Assembly (NCBI GenBank): GCA_035938395.1 | Contig: DASZGY010000071.1 | Span: 9,526 to 73,525, forward strand | Direction: 5' to 3' | Length of the DNA: 64,000 nucleotides | Source of the DNA: Acidimicrobiia bacterium | GTDB taxonomy: Bacteria; Actinomycetota; Acidimicrobiia; IMCC26256; JACDBD01 | Shown: one piece after another, positions 45,663-55,145 of the stretch | Layout: each line of letters opens with the position of its first letter | Numbering within the stretch: position 1 is the first letter of the stretch | Translations under genes and position numbers: made by a program | The notes under the pieces: model-generated | What the model saw: the letters and a program-made list of their open reading frames with translations, nothing else | Told to the model about the DNA's origin: nothing | Databases searched by the model: none

Positions 45663-47627
45663 CTAGAGCTTGCTCGCCAACTGGAGCGAATAAAACGCCT
45701 GCCCGGCGGTCGACAAGTGCACGCCGTCCTCGACGAGGAACTCCGGATGCTCGCTCGCAGCCGTATGCCAGTCGAGCAGCACTGCGTTGGGATAGCGGGG
45801 CACGGCGGCGGCGATCGCGTCGTTGTCCGGCTGCTCCCACGGCCGGTCGACCCTCGTGTTCACGAGGACGACGCGCTTCACGCCGCTGAGGAGTCGCATC
45901 ATCTCGTCGAGCTGGTCCTCGGGGATCGAGCCGTTCGTGCCGAGGTGGACGACGACCTCGTCACCGAGCTGCCCGGCGTCGTGGAGTTGACGGACCACGT
46001 CGAGCCCTTCGGAGAAATGACGGCTGACGTTGGCGTCCATCTGGAGCCGGTCGCCGAGGAAACGGTGGAGCGAGCTCTGCGCCCCGAGCATGACGGAGTC
46101 CCCGATCGCCGTGACCCGCGCGTCGGGGATGGGGGTGAGCGTCGTGGTCGGAGCCGAGTGCGCGGGAGCCGGAGCGGCCGCCGCGGCCGACGTGGGGGTC
46201 GAGGCGCGCCGCCCGCCGGTAGTCGTCGTGATCGCGATGTTCGCGGGCTTCGCAGGGAAACCCGGCGGCCGCGGCGCCGGTTGCGCCACCGCAAGGCCGA
46301 TGCCGAGCATCACCGTGGTCACGACGACGGCGGCGGCGGCGAAGGCCACGCGGGTGCGGACGCGCCGCCGTTGCAGCATCGAAGACTGCCGCAGCGCGTG
46401 CTGGAGCGTGGCGAGGAGCCGGCTGAGCGCGCCGCTGCGGATGGGCACCTCGACGAAGCGGTACGACGCGGCTGCCAGCCCGACGGTGATGCCCACCCGC
46501 AACACGAAGAGGGGGATCCCGGTCAGGGGGATGTCGAGCCCGGGGCGCGTGACCAGGAACACGGGCCAGTGCCAAAGGTAGATGCCGTACGAGCGCTTCC
46601 CGATCCAGACCATCGGCGACGTGCCGAGGAACCCGCTCGTGATGGTCGTGGCCGGGTGGACGGCGACGAGGACGACCAGCGCCGCGATGCCGGCGAACAC
46701 GAGATATCCGCCGCGGTAGAGCGACGAGTCGAACTCGCTGACGTTTGCGAAGCACCACAGGAGCACGAGCAACCCCGCGAAGCCGATGGCGTCCAGGGCG
46801 ATCGGCGCCCATCTTCCGAGCTTCCCTCGGAGTTGCCACGGTGGCAGCAGCACCGCCATGGCGGCGCCGATGAGCAGGCCGCTCGAGTGCGTGTCGGTGC
46901 CGTAGTAGACGCGTGACGGGTCGCTCCCGGCGCGGTACAGGAGAGCCATGAGGAGAGCGGACACCCCGGCGGCGGCCAGGATCGTGACCGCCAGCTTGAT
47001 ACGCGACGGACGCCAGAACTTCAGCGCCAGGCCCAGGAGCAACGGCCACAGCAAGTAGAACTGCTCTTCGATCGCCAGTGACCACAGATGCTGGAGCATC
47101 GGCGGACGACCGATGGCCGAGAAGTACGACTGCTGGTGGAAGATCAGGTACCAGTTCGTGACGTAGCCGAACGACGCGACCACGCCGCCCCGGAGCTTCG
47201 ACGCCTCGTCCGGGAGGAACACGACCACGTACGCGCACGTCACGGTGATCATGACGAGCAACGCCGGCAGCAGACGGCGAGCTCGGTGCAGGTAGAACCG
47301 CCCGAGGCCGAGGCTGCCGCCGTTCCTCCGCCACGCGTCGAGCAGCACCGACGTGATCAGGTAGCCGCTGAGCACGAAGAACACATCGACGCCGAGGAAG
47401 CCGCCGCTGAACCAGCCCAGGTCGCCGTGGTACACGAGCACGGCGGCGACCGCGAGCGCGCGCACGCCGTCCAACGCCGGGATGTAGCCCAGACGCGCGT
47501 GCGGCGCGGCGCCGTTCGCCGGCGCGGACTCGGCCGGTGGCGGCTCGGGGACCGGGTGTTCGGACACAGGAGTGGTCCCGGCACCGCCTAGTGGTTTGGG
47601 CGCGCGGCAAACCATGCGATGAGCCAT
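45663..47627 (-). CDS. acyltransferase-3 membrane domain fused to SGNH domain (OatA/OafA-like O-acetyltransferase)
   Basis: Start at ATG 47627 (MAHRMV). IPALDGVRALAVAAVLVYH and GVDVFFVLSGYLIT acyltransferase-3 motifs, about 10 TM segments, and a C-terminal VTAIGDSVMLGA SGNH block. Confidence 0.85.
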   Translation of the reverse strand: MAHRMVCRAPKPLGGAGTTPVSEHPVPEPPPAESAPANGAAPHARLGYIPALDGVRALAVAAVLVYHGDLGWFSGGFLGVDVFFVLSGYLITSVLLDAWRRNGGSLGLGRFYLHRARRLLPALLVMITVTCAYVVVFLPDEASKLRGGVVASFGYVTNWYLIFHQQSYFSAIGRPPMLQHLWSLAIEEQFYLLWPLLLGLALKFWRPSRIKLAVTILAAAGVSALLMALLYRAGSDPSRVYYGTDTHSSGLLIGAAMAVLLPPWQLRGKLGRWAPIALDAIGFAGLLVLLWCFANVSEFDSSLYRGGYLVFAGIAALVVLVAVHPATTITSGFLGTSPMVWIGKRSYGIYLWHWPVFLVTRPGLDIPLTGIPLFVLRVGITVGLAAASYRFVEVPIRSGALSRLLATLQHALRQSSMLQRRRVRTRVAFAAAAVVVTTVMLGIGLAVAQPAPRPPGFPAKPANIAITTTTGGRRASTPTSAAAAAPAPAHSAPTTTLTPIPDARVTAIGDSVMLGAQSSLHRFLGDRLQMDANVSRHFSEGLDVVRQLHDAGQLGDEVVVHLGTNGSIPEDQLDEMMRLLSGVKRVVLVNTRVDRPWEQPDNDAIAAAVPRYPNAVLLDWHTAASEHPEFLVEDGVHLSTAGQAFYSLQLASKL

Positions 47628-47858
47628 GAGACCGAAGTGCCAAACGTTATCCGCGGCGTTCGTCCGGAGCGCGGATCGTTCGGCGGGAAGGGGATCCTGG
47701 TCCCGGCCCAGACGCCGATTCGGCGTATCTCGGACATATGGGGCCGGAGTCGACCGGCCCCCGGACAAACGATCCCTGGCCAGGACGCCGAGAGTGGTCT
47801 AGGGTTCACACTCTTCACTCTGATCACATCAGCCACATCGGCCTCTCCAGATCGGACC

Positions 47859-49007
47859 ATCCGCGCGCTCGGCGCCCGGCATGCACGGTGGATCGCCGCG
47901 CTCGTGCTCGTCGTGGCGCTCTTCCCGCTGCTCTCGGGCGGTCGAGCCCACGCCGACCCCATCGACGACAAGCGGGCGGAGGCGAAGGCGCTCCAGGACG
48001 AGATCGACGCCAATGGCGTCAAGCTCGACGCGTTGTCCGAGCAGTACAACGGCGCGCAGTACCGCTTCGAGCAGGCGCAGGCCGCGGCTGCCGATGCTCA
48101 GCAGAAGCTGGACGCCACCACGGCTGAGGTCGCGCGTCTCAGGGATCTGGTCAACCAGCGCGGCGCCGCCCTCTACCGCGGCGTCGGCCAGGGCGGGCCC
48201 ATCCAGCTCGACGTGTCGAGCGCGTCGAAGCTGATCGCCAGCTCGAAGTACTCGAAGGCGGCCGCCCAGCACGACACCGATCTCCTGGCTCAACTGCGCC
48301 GCGCCGAGCGCGCTCTGGCTGACCAGAAGGCCGCGGCCGATCAGGCCCAGGCGGCCGCGCAGGCCGACCAGAACGCGATCGCGACGGCGCAGGCGGGCGT
48401 GGAGGCGGCGAACGCCAAGCAAGAAGACTTGCTGTCGCAGGTCAACGGCGAGATCGCGCAGCTCGTCGCCGAGGCGGAGGCAGCGAAGGAAGCCGCCGCG
48501 CTCGCGGCCGCGCAGCAGCGCTATGTCGACGCCGCGGCCGCCGCGGCCGCCGCCCCGGCTCCCTCCCCGCCAAGCGGAACGGGCACCGGCAGCAGCCGAG
48601 GCTCGGGCGGCGGCAGTGGACCCGCCCCGGCCCCCAGCGCCAACGTCCCGGTCAACGGTGGCGGCGCTGCCGCTGCGATCGCCTACGCGCGAGCGCAGCT
48701 CGGGAAGCCGTATTGCTACGCCGGCTCCGGACCCGGGTGCTTCGACTGCTCGGGCCTCACCATGCAGGCCTGGGGCGCGGCGGGCGTGAGCATGCCGCAC
48801 TACTCGGGCGCGCAGTACTCGATGTTCCCGCACGTGCCGCTCAACGCGATGCAGCCCGGCGACCTCGTCTTCTGGGGCCCGGGCGGCAGCGAGCACGTCG
48901 GCCTCTACATCGGCGGTGGCCAGATGATCGCCGCTCCGTCCACCGGCGACGTGGTGAAGATCCAGGCGGTGTGGGGCAGCCCCGTCGGAGCCGCACGACC
49001 CGGCTGA
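47859..49007 (+). CDS. secreted NlpC/P60 (C40) peptidoglycan endopeptidase with coiled-coil N-domain (RipA-like)
   Basis: Catalytic GCFDCSGLTMQAW and EHVGLYIGGG. Signal peptide RALGARHARWIAALVLVVALFPLLSGGRAHA|DP. Start is uncertain: no canonical in-frame start lies next to the signal peptide (in-frame ATC at 47859; maximal ORF starts 47619; out-of-frame ATG at 47881). Confidence 0.8.
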   Translation: MRALGARHARWIAALVLVVALFPLLSGGRAHADPIDDKRAEAKALQDEIDANGVKLDALSEQYNGAQYRFEQAQAAAADAQQKLDATTAEVARLRDLVNQRGAALYRGVGQGGPIQLDVSSASKLIASSKYSKAAAQHDTDLLAQLRRAERALADQKAAADQAQAAAQADQNAIATAQAGVEAANAKQEDLLSQVNGEIAQLVAEAEAAKEAAALAAAQQRYVDAAAAAAAAPAPSPPSGTGTGSSRGSGGGSGPAPAPSANVPVNGGGAAAAIAYARAQLGKPYCYAGSGPGCFDCSGLTMQAWGAAGVSMPHYSGAQYSMFPHVPLNAMQPGDLVFWGPGGSEHVGLYIGGGQMIAAPSTGDVVKIQAVWGSPVGAARPG

Positions 49008-49016
49008 TCGGCTTGC

Positions 49017-49271
49017 TCAGAGCCCCACGACGACGCTGCGCGCGTCGTCCATGCTCGCGCCGGTCAGCTCCCGGTACCGCTTGATCGCCTCGAGCTGCTT
49101 GCCGGCGCGCGCCAGTTCGACCACATCGGGGGGCACCGCCGCGGTCGGGGTGGTGTAGGGCAGTCCCAGCTTCTCCGAGACGAGCGCGAGCTGCTCTTCG
49201 ATCGCGGCCAGCCGCCGGTTCGTTTCCTCGAAATGCGCTGCGAGCGTGGCTTGGCTGTACTCACCGGGCAT
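49017..49271 (-). CDS. small protein with ribosomal L7/L12 C-terminal-like motif
   Basis: 84 aa. VVELARAGKQLEAIKRYRELTGASMDDARSVV resembles the bL12 C-terminal domain core. Confidence 0.6.
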   Translation of the reverse strand: MPGEYSQATLAAHFEETNRRLAAIEEQLALVSEKLGLPYTTPTAAVPPDVVELARAGKQLEAIKRYRELTGASMDDARSVVVGL

Positions 49272-49328
49272 GGGTGGGTTTCCTTTCCGGGGATTCCGCG
49301 AGGTCGCTCGGAGAGCGAACGGTGGTGG

Positions 49329-51800
49329 CTACGAGGGCGCGGGCGCCGGTGCCGGCTCGATGCGTTCGCGAGCGGCGGTGCGCTCGAGGATGTCCCCCTT
49401 GACCAGGCCGCGCGACACCCAGTTGCGACGGTCGGCCCACACGAGCATCGGCGGCAGCACGACGAGCGCGCTGAGCAGGGCGACGGCCACGTTCATGGCC
49501 ACGATGATCCCGAAGTCGCGCAGCAGCGGCAGCGACGACGTCGCGATGACCGCGACACCGGCGATCGCCGTGAGCGCCGACACGATGAACGCCCGGCCGG
49601 TGCGGGACGCGGCCACCTCGACCGCCTCCTCGGGCGTCAACCCGCGGCGCCTTTCCTCCACGAACCGCAGCAGGATCAGCGACGTGAACTCCGTGCACGC
49701 GGCGACCACCAACGGGCCGCCCACCGCGGTGATGGGGCTCAGCTTGAGGCTGAACGCGAAGGCGACGAGCGACGCGGTGCCGACCGCGATCAGCACCGGG
49801 ACGAGCGAGAGCAGCGACCGGATCACGCTGCGGAGCCGCACGCTCAAGAAGAGGAACACGAACAGGATGGCGAGGTACGTGAGGAGGACGCGGTTCGCCT
49901 CGAGGTTGTCGAGCAGCCCGACGCCGACGACGGCGAGGCCGGATGGAGTGGCGCTCACGCCCGCCGGTGGGTGCACGGTGGTGCGGATCTCGCGCACGAC
50001 CGCGGCCCGCCGCTGCAGCTCACTGGGGCCGGTGCGGAAGATGAGGTTCAACGCGTCCCCGTTGCTGCTGACGGTCGACTTCTTGACACCTGGTGGTGCG
50101 ATGGCGCTGGCGGCGCGCACCTCCTCTCCCGTCGGCGCGACGTGCGTCGCGCCCGGCACGTCGTTCGTGATGTCGCTGACGGTCGTGACCATGCCGGCCG
50201 CCGTCAGGAGCGTGTCGGGATGCTCGGCGAGCTGCTTGGTGGTGAAGCGGTCCATGAAGTCGACGGTCTTGTCGTCGAACACGTTGCGCGACTGCACGAA
50301 CATCCCGAGCTCGCTCGACGACCCCGTCTCCCGGTCCAGGGTGTGCAGGTCGTGGATCACCTGGGACTTCTGGTTGACCCACTTGATCGGGTCGGTCTGG
50401 AGCACCAACTTCCCCTCGACCAGGATGCCGCCGGCGAAGATGATCACGCTGGCAACGATCAGCGGGATGGCGATCCCGCCGGGCAAGCCGCCGAGCCACA
50501 CGACCAGGCGGCCGAGCGGACCGGTCCGGAAGTCGCGGCCCTTGGTGGGGGACTTGTACTCGCGGATCCCCAGGAAGGCGAGTGGGGCGATGATGCTGCA
50601 CAGGCAGATCACGGCGATGCCCACCGCCAAGAGGAGCCCGAACTGGCGGAGCATCGGAACCTTGGCGAAGCGCAGGGCGGCGAAGGCGAAGATGGCGTCG
50701 AAGGTGACGACGAGCAACGCCGGGCCCAGGTTGCGCGCGGTCTCCTGGATCGGATGTGCCTCGCGGTCGATGACCACCTCCTCCTCGACGCGCGCGTGCA
50801 TCTGGATCGCGTAGTCGATGCCTATCCCGAGCATCACGGGGAGGCCGGCGATGGTCACGATGGTCAGCGGTATCCCGAGGTAGCCGGCGAGCCCGAACGC
50901 CCACACGATGCCGATGAGGATGACGGCCAGGGGGAGCAGTCGCCAGCGCACGTCGAACAGCACGAGCAGGATCACGATCATGATGGCGACCGCGATCGCG
51001 CCCAGCGTCAGCATGCCGCCCGTGAGATAGTCGTTGATGTCCTTGAGCAGCACCGGCGCGCCCGTCGTGACCTCGGACGCGTTGGCGAACTTGAGGTGCT
51101 GGCCGGCGGCGACGACCTTGTCCGACGCGGCACCTTCGGTCGTGATCGACGCGTTGCCGACGAGGCGCGTCACCATCTGCGCGTGCCGGTCGTCGATGAT
51201 GAACGTGCCCAGCCCCTTGCGGATCTTTCCCTGGTTGTTGTGCAGGAGGAAGTCGACCCACGCGGGATTGTCGAGCGTTCGGTCGGCCTGGGGGACGGCG
51301 TTCAGGCGCTGCAGCGTGGTCGTCGCGTCCGCGTTCCGCGCCGCCTGACCTTCGGGGGACGGGTCCCGAGCCGTTGCGCTGAGGAGCGCCTGGCCCGCGA
51401 CGCTCTGGGTCGGATCGCCGGACGGGCTCTGCACCAGGCCGTTGCTGAACTCCATGATCGTGCGGGGACTGACGACACCGACGATCCCTTTGCCCTTGCC
51501 CAGCTCGTCCTCGACGGCGCGCCACTTGGCCTGGTTCTCGGGCGTGAACAGCTCGTTGACCGTGTGGCCCTTGTCCATGGTGACGAGCGTGAGCATCGCC
51601 TGGCCGCCGAAGAGCCGCTGGTAGGCGACGTTGTCCTTGTAGACGGTGTCGCTCTTGTTGAGGTAGCTGTCCTGGCCGGTCGAGAACTGGAGACGCGTGA
51701 TGCCGAAGCCGAGGATCAGCGTGACGAGCAGCCCGATGACCGACACGAGCCCGGCGTGCTTGCCGAGCTCGACGGCGATGATTCTCCAGAACCGCTCCAC
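49329..51800 (-). CDS. MMPL-family (RND superfamily) membrane transporter
   Basis: Two 6-TM bundles with large extracytoplasmic loops. I prefer GTG 51800 (VERFWRIIAVEL) because GGGGGGAGAG lies about 8 nt upstream. The maximal ORF starts at TTG 51839. Confidence 0.85.
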   Translation of the reverse strand: MERFWRIIAVELGKHAGLVSVIGLLVTLILGFGITRLQFSTGQDSYLNKSDTVYKDNVAYQRLFGGQAMLTLVTMDKGHTVNELFTPENQAKWRAVEDELGKGKGIVGVVSPRTIMEFSNGLVQSPSGDPTQSVAGQALLSATARDPSPEGQAARNADATTTLQRLNAVPQADRTLDNPAWVDFLLHNNQGKIRKGLGTFIIDDRHAQMVTRLVGNASITTEGAASDKVVAAGQHLKFANASEVTTGAPVLLKDINDYLTGGMLTLGAIAVAIMIVILLVLFDVRWRLLPLAVILIGIVWAFGLAGYLGIPLTIVTIAGLPVMLGIGIDYAIQMHARVEEEVVIDREAHPIQETARNLGPALLVVTFDAIFAFAALRFAKVPMLRQFGLLLAVGIAVICLCSIIAPLAFLGIREYKSPTKGRDFRTGPLGRLVVWLGGLPGGIAIPLIVASVIIFAGGILVEGKLVLQTDPIKWVNQKSQVIHDLHTLDRETGSSSELGMFVQSRNVFDDKTVDFMDRFTTKQLAEHPDTLLTAAGMVTTVSDITNDVPGATHVAPTGEEVRAASAIAPPGVKKSTVSSNGDALNLIFRTGPSELQRRAAVVREIRTTVHPPAGVSATPSGLAVVGVGLLDNLEANRVLLTYLAILFVFLFLSVRLRSVIRSLLSLVPVLIAVGTASLVAFAFSLKLSPITAVGGPLVVAACTEFTSLILLRFVEERRRGLTPEEAVEVAASRTGRAFIVSALTAIAGVAVIATSSLPLLRDFGIIVAMNVAVALLSALVVLPPMLVWADRRNWVSRGLVKGDILERTAARERIEPAPAPAPS

Positions 51801-51921
51801 GGCGCTCTCTCCCCCCTGCCGGAAGCTCGCGGCTGACAATACTCATATGGGCGCCTGGCGTCGTCGCGAGACTGACGGCCGATGACGTACTCGCTGCGGC
51901 GGCAGCCGACGTCGCCGGGCA

Positions 51922-52599
51922 TCACCACAGGGTCGGGAGCAGGATGATCTGCACGACTCCGTAGAGGAGGAATGCGCCTCCCAATGTGAGGATGCCGATC
52001 CGCAGTCGCTCCGTCGAGATCCGCAACGAGATCCCGGCGAAGAACAGCACCGATGCGAAGAACACCGTCGTGAGGACGTATTCGTCGGCATGGTCCCGCG
52101 CCGTGGAGCCGTCCTCGAGGAGGTGGTCGGCTTCCGACTCGAGGTTGGTGGCACGCTGGGCCTCGGCCTGGTGGTACTGGGGCATCTTCAGCGGCGTGGG
52201 GATCGCGTTCGGGTTGTTGAGCGGATCCTGTGTCAGCCACGCGTCGAACGCGGTGCGGAGCGCGCCCCGGAAATGGTCGGCGTGGAGGTTGGCAAGCGTC
52301 TGGTCGCCCGTGGTCTCCAGATCGAGCCAGCGTTCGAAGTCGGCGAGGTCCTGGACGCGGTCTTCGCCGGCGCGGGCCACCGCTCGGGTCGACTTCGCGT
52401 GCAACGCGGCGGCCAGGGCGAAGTTGTGGGCCTCCCGGCCACTCCAGCGGGCGGCCTGATAGCCGCTCCAGGCCGTGCCGATCACTGCCGCCGACAGCAG
52501 GACGATCGCCAGGACCTCGAAGATTCGCTCGCGGCCCGTGCCTGCGTACCCCGGTTCTTGCAGCTCCTCGGGCACGTGTTGGTGGATATGTTCCGACAT
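51922..52599 (-). CDS. His-rich N-terminus membrane protein, paralogue B (DUF4337-like by recollection)
   Basis: MSEHIHQHVPEE..., AWSGYQAARW, DPLNN, PQYH, YVLTTVFFASVLFFAGIS, YGVVQI. Same length (225 aa) as ORF 16537..17214 and collinear with it. Confidence 0.7.
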   Translation of the reverse strand: MSEHIHQHVPEELQEPGYAGTGRERIFEVLAIVLLSAAVIGTAWSGYQAARWSGREAHNFALAAALHAKSTRAVARAGEDRVQDLADFERWLDLETTGDQTLANLHADHFRGALRTAFDAWLTQDPLNNPNAIPTPLKMPQYHQAEAQRATNLESEADHLLEDGSTARDHADEYVLTTVFFASVLFFAGISLRISTERLRIGILTLGGAFLLYGVVQIILLPTLW

Positions 52600-52612
52600 G
52601 CGAGCGCGGAGG

Positions 52613-53287
52613 CTATTGGAAGATTGCCGCGACGATGTTGATCGTGACCGCCAGGATCACGGCGCCGAACAGATACGCCAGGAGAGAGTGCGCCAGAACC
52701 GTGCGTCGGACCATCCGATGGGTGATATCGGTGTCGGAAACCTGGAACGTCATGCCGACGACGAAGGCCACATACGCGAAGTCCCGGTAGTCCGGCCGGT
52801 AATCCTGCCCCGACTTGAAGTCGATCCCACCGACCGGCGGGCGTGCGTAGAACTCGTGGGCGTACCGCAACGCATACACGGTGTGCACGCTCGCCCACGA
52901 CAGGACCACTGTCGCCACCGCCGCCAGGATGAGCGTGAAGTGGCCGCTGGCGGTCCCGGCCTGACTGGCCTTGAGCAGATCGAAGCCGACGCCCACCAGG
53001 CTCACGACGGACGCGGACACCAGCAACAGCTGCGCCGACAACCGGCTGTCGTCCTCCCGGGTGGCGAACCTCTGGGTCTCCTCGGGATCGAACCGTCCGG
53101 CGCTCGTCCAGACCCAGGCGACGAACAGCGCCGCCGCGACGTCCCACCCGATGAGCGTGGACAGCTGCCACGGCGCGAACCACGCCATCACGAACCCCGC
53201 TGCGACGCCCACGGTGGCGACGAGCATCACCCGCGTACGAGATGACACGGCCCACAGCAGCGCAACGTGGCGTTGTTGACGGACCAC
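52613..53287 (-). CDS. DUF1345-family membrane protein
   Basis: YALRYAHEFYARPPVGGIDFKSGQDYRPDYRDFAYVAFVVGMTFQVSDTDI matches the DUF1345 core as I recall it. Confidence 0.75.
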   Translation of the reverse strand: MVRQQRHVALLWAVSSRTRVMLVATVGVAAGFVMAWFAPWQLSTLIGWDVAAALFVAWVWTSAGRFDPEETQRFATREDDSRLSAQLLLVSASVVSLVGVGFDLLKASQAGTASGHFTLILAAVATVVLSWASVHTVYALRYAHEFYARPPVGGIDFKSGQDYRPDYRDFAYVAFVVGMTFQVSDTDITHRMVRRTVLAHSLLAYLFGAVILAVTINIVAAIFQ

Positions 53288-53299
53288 TCGCGCCGAACG

Positions 53300-54553
53300 T
53301 TAGTGGTGTCCGCGGCGAGGGATCCGGATGGCCGCGAACCGGGGGCCGTACGTGGCGGCGACCGGGTCGACGAGGTGGTCGAGGTCGGCGGCGCGACTGT
53401 TGAGGTTCCAGCTCACCAGCAGCCGCTTGCCGGCAAGATCGATCTCGGGGTGGGACGCTGCCAGGTACGTGAACTCGTTCGGCCGGCCCGTCGTGGGTGC
53501 GGCGACGAGCGGTCCGGTCGGGCGCCACGGTCCCTGCGGCGCGGCGGCGGACCAACCGATGAGCGCGGTGCCGTCGAACTCGCGGTCCTTGGCGATCGCG
53601 AGCCAGCGGCCGTCCTCGAGGCGCGCCACCGACGCGTTGTTGAACGGCGGAGCCGTGATCACAGGTGTGGCCCGACCCTGGTCGCGGGTCCAGCGGCGGC
53701 CGCTGCGGAACTGCCACCGCCCGCCGAGGTCGCGGGCGCGGACGCGGGCCAGATACGTCGAGGGGCCGGCGATGTAATCGCGCCCGAAGAGATAGAGCCA
53801 GCCGCCGTCGGCGACCACCGACGAACCCCAGAGCCGCTCCTGGTGCGGGAGCGGTCGTACGCCGACGAGTGCGAGGTCGGCGCGTCGGAGTTGCACGACG
53901 TCCATGCCGACGGCCCCGAAGTCGAAGACGCCGGGCCCCGTGCGCCGCACGCGGGTGACGAAGACGTCGACGACGCGGCCGTGCGTGCCGCCCGGCACGA
54001 CGCCGCCCGCCGGCCACCAGAAGTCGTCAGAGCCCGCGATGGTCAGCCATCCGGCGCCGGCCGTCCCGACGAGGTCGACGCAGCCGCCCGTCTGCACGAA
54101 CGCGCTGTTGTGTTGGAGCCTCGCCCCGGCCGGGATGCCGCCGTCGGGCGGTCGGGCGCCGGTCCAGGTGTCGCCGAACAGCCACAGCACCCTGCCGTCG
54201 CGCAGATCGACCGACGCCGGGAGGTCGGCGGTGATCCAGCCGTCGGTGCGGTTGGTCGTCATCGCGCTGAAGAACGCGGGCGCATCGGCGCGCTGACGCG
54301 CGCACGGTCGCCGGTCGGCTGCGACCGCCGGCCCGCGCCCGGCGACGACGGGCTTCGCACGCGGACGCGCGGCGCCGCTGTCGCTTCGGCACGCGCCCGC
54401 GGTGATCAGCGCCAGCAGAACGGCGCCGAGCGTTCCTTTGCGCAGCGCGATGACAGCCGGGATCGAGCTCTTCGAACGCCGCAACCGGCTGCGGATCGTA
54501 GCGCCGGCGGTCGTCGGCGAACTCGCCGGCCGGAAGGCCCGCCGGTGATGCAT
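53300..54553 (-). CDS. secreted/lipoprotein beta-propeller-like protein (DUF4185-like, uncertain)
   Basis: Start at ATG 54553 (MHHRRAF). Signal with ITAGAC. RVLWLFGDTW and repeated W/G-rich strands. The family name is from recollection only. Confidence 0.55.
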   Translation of the reverse strand: MHHRRAFRPASSPTTAGATIRSRLRRSKSSIPAVIALRKGTLGAVLLALITAGACRSDSGAARPRAKPVVAGRGPAVAADRRPCARQRADAPAFFSAMTTNRTDGWITADLPASVDLRDGRVLWLFGDTWTGARPPDGGIPAGARLQHNSAFVQTGGCVDLVGTAGAGWLTIAGSDDFWWPAGGVVPGGTHGRVVDVFVTRVRRTGPGVFDFGAVGMDVVQLRRADLALVGVRPLPHQERLWGSSVVADGGWLYLFGRDYIAGPSTYLARVRARDLGGRWQFRSGRRWTRDQGRATPVITAPPFNNASVARLEDGRWLAIAKDREFDGTALIGWSAAAPQGPWRPTGPLVAAPTTGRPNEFTYLAASHPEIDLAGKRLLVSWNLNSRAADLDHLVDPVAATYGPRFAAIRIPRRGHH

Positions 54554-54573
54554 CAACTCGTGGGTTTCCGGGT

Positions 54574-55032
54574 ATGTCCCAGGGAGTCTCCGTTCGAGAG
54601 GAGCTGATCGCCGTGGCGAAGTTGGACGTGAGTCTGGACGTGGGGGACGCGCACGAGCTTGCGGAGCAGGCGGGCCGGAAGCTCGCCGCGACAACCCATG
54701 AAGTCGTTGCCGAGGGGCGAAAACGGCTCGGCCGGAGGGCGAAGAAGCGGGCACGGAAGCTGGAGCAGCGGGTCACCGAAGCGGCGAAGCGGCTGCCGGT
54801 CGACACGCCCGTGGACCGCAGGCGGCGCCGCCGGACGGCGGGTCGCGCGGCTCTGATCGTGCGAGTGGTCCTCGCAACCGCGGTCCTGGCCGCCGTCTAC
54901 GCCTCGTGGCGAGCGCGCAACCGGCGCATGGGCACGGCCGAGGACGGGCCGGCACCCGACGCGTTCGGTGCCGCGATGGACGCGTCCGACGACGGCGAGC
55001 ACGCCTCGGCGACGACCCACTCCGAGGGGTGA
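54574..55032 (+). CDS. hypothetical protein with basic centre and one TM
   Basis: 152 aa. KKRARKLEQR and RRRRRR stretch followed by a TM (ALIVRVVLATAVLAAVYA). No family recognised. Confidence 0.45.
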   Translation: MSQGVSVREELIAVAKLDVSLDVGDAHELAEQAGRKLAATTHEVVAEGRKRLGRRAKKRARKLEQRVTEAAKRLPVDTPVDRRRRRRTAGRAALIVRVVLATAVLAAVYASWRARNRRMGTAEDGPAPDAFGAAMDASDDGEHASATTHSEG

Positions 55033-55145
55033 CCACTCGCACCTCGTTCCAGGCGCGTCCGCGGCCCGGAAGGTAAGAAGCGCGTCGCTCGCGCGCCCCG
55101 GCGCGCATCCCCGAAATTCGCATTGCCCACGGTTACGATCGCTCC

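Noticed and set aside
47640-47880. c-di-AMP (ydaO) or guanidine-I (ykkC) riboswitch upstream of the NlpC/P60 gene
   Set aside because: The context is suggestive and CTAGGGTTC resembles the ykkC 5' box. I could not find the ydaO ACCCGACAGCUAAC-type core or the ykkC GGUCCGAGAG / ACACGGCGGGA elements in the right order. This needs cmsearch.
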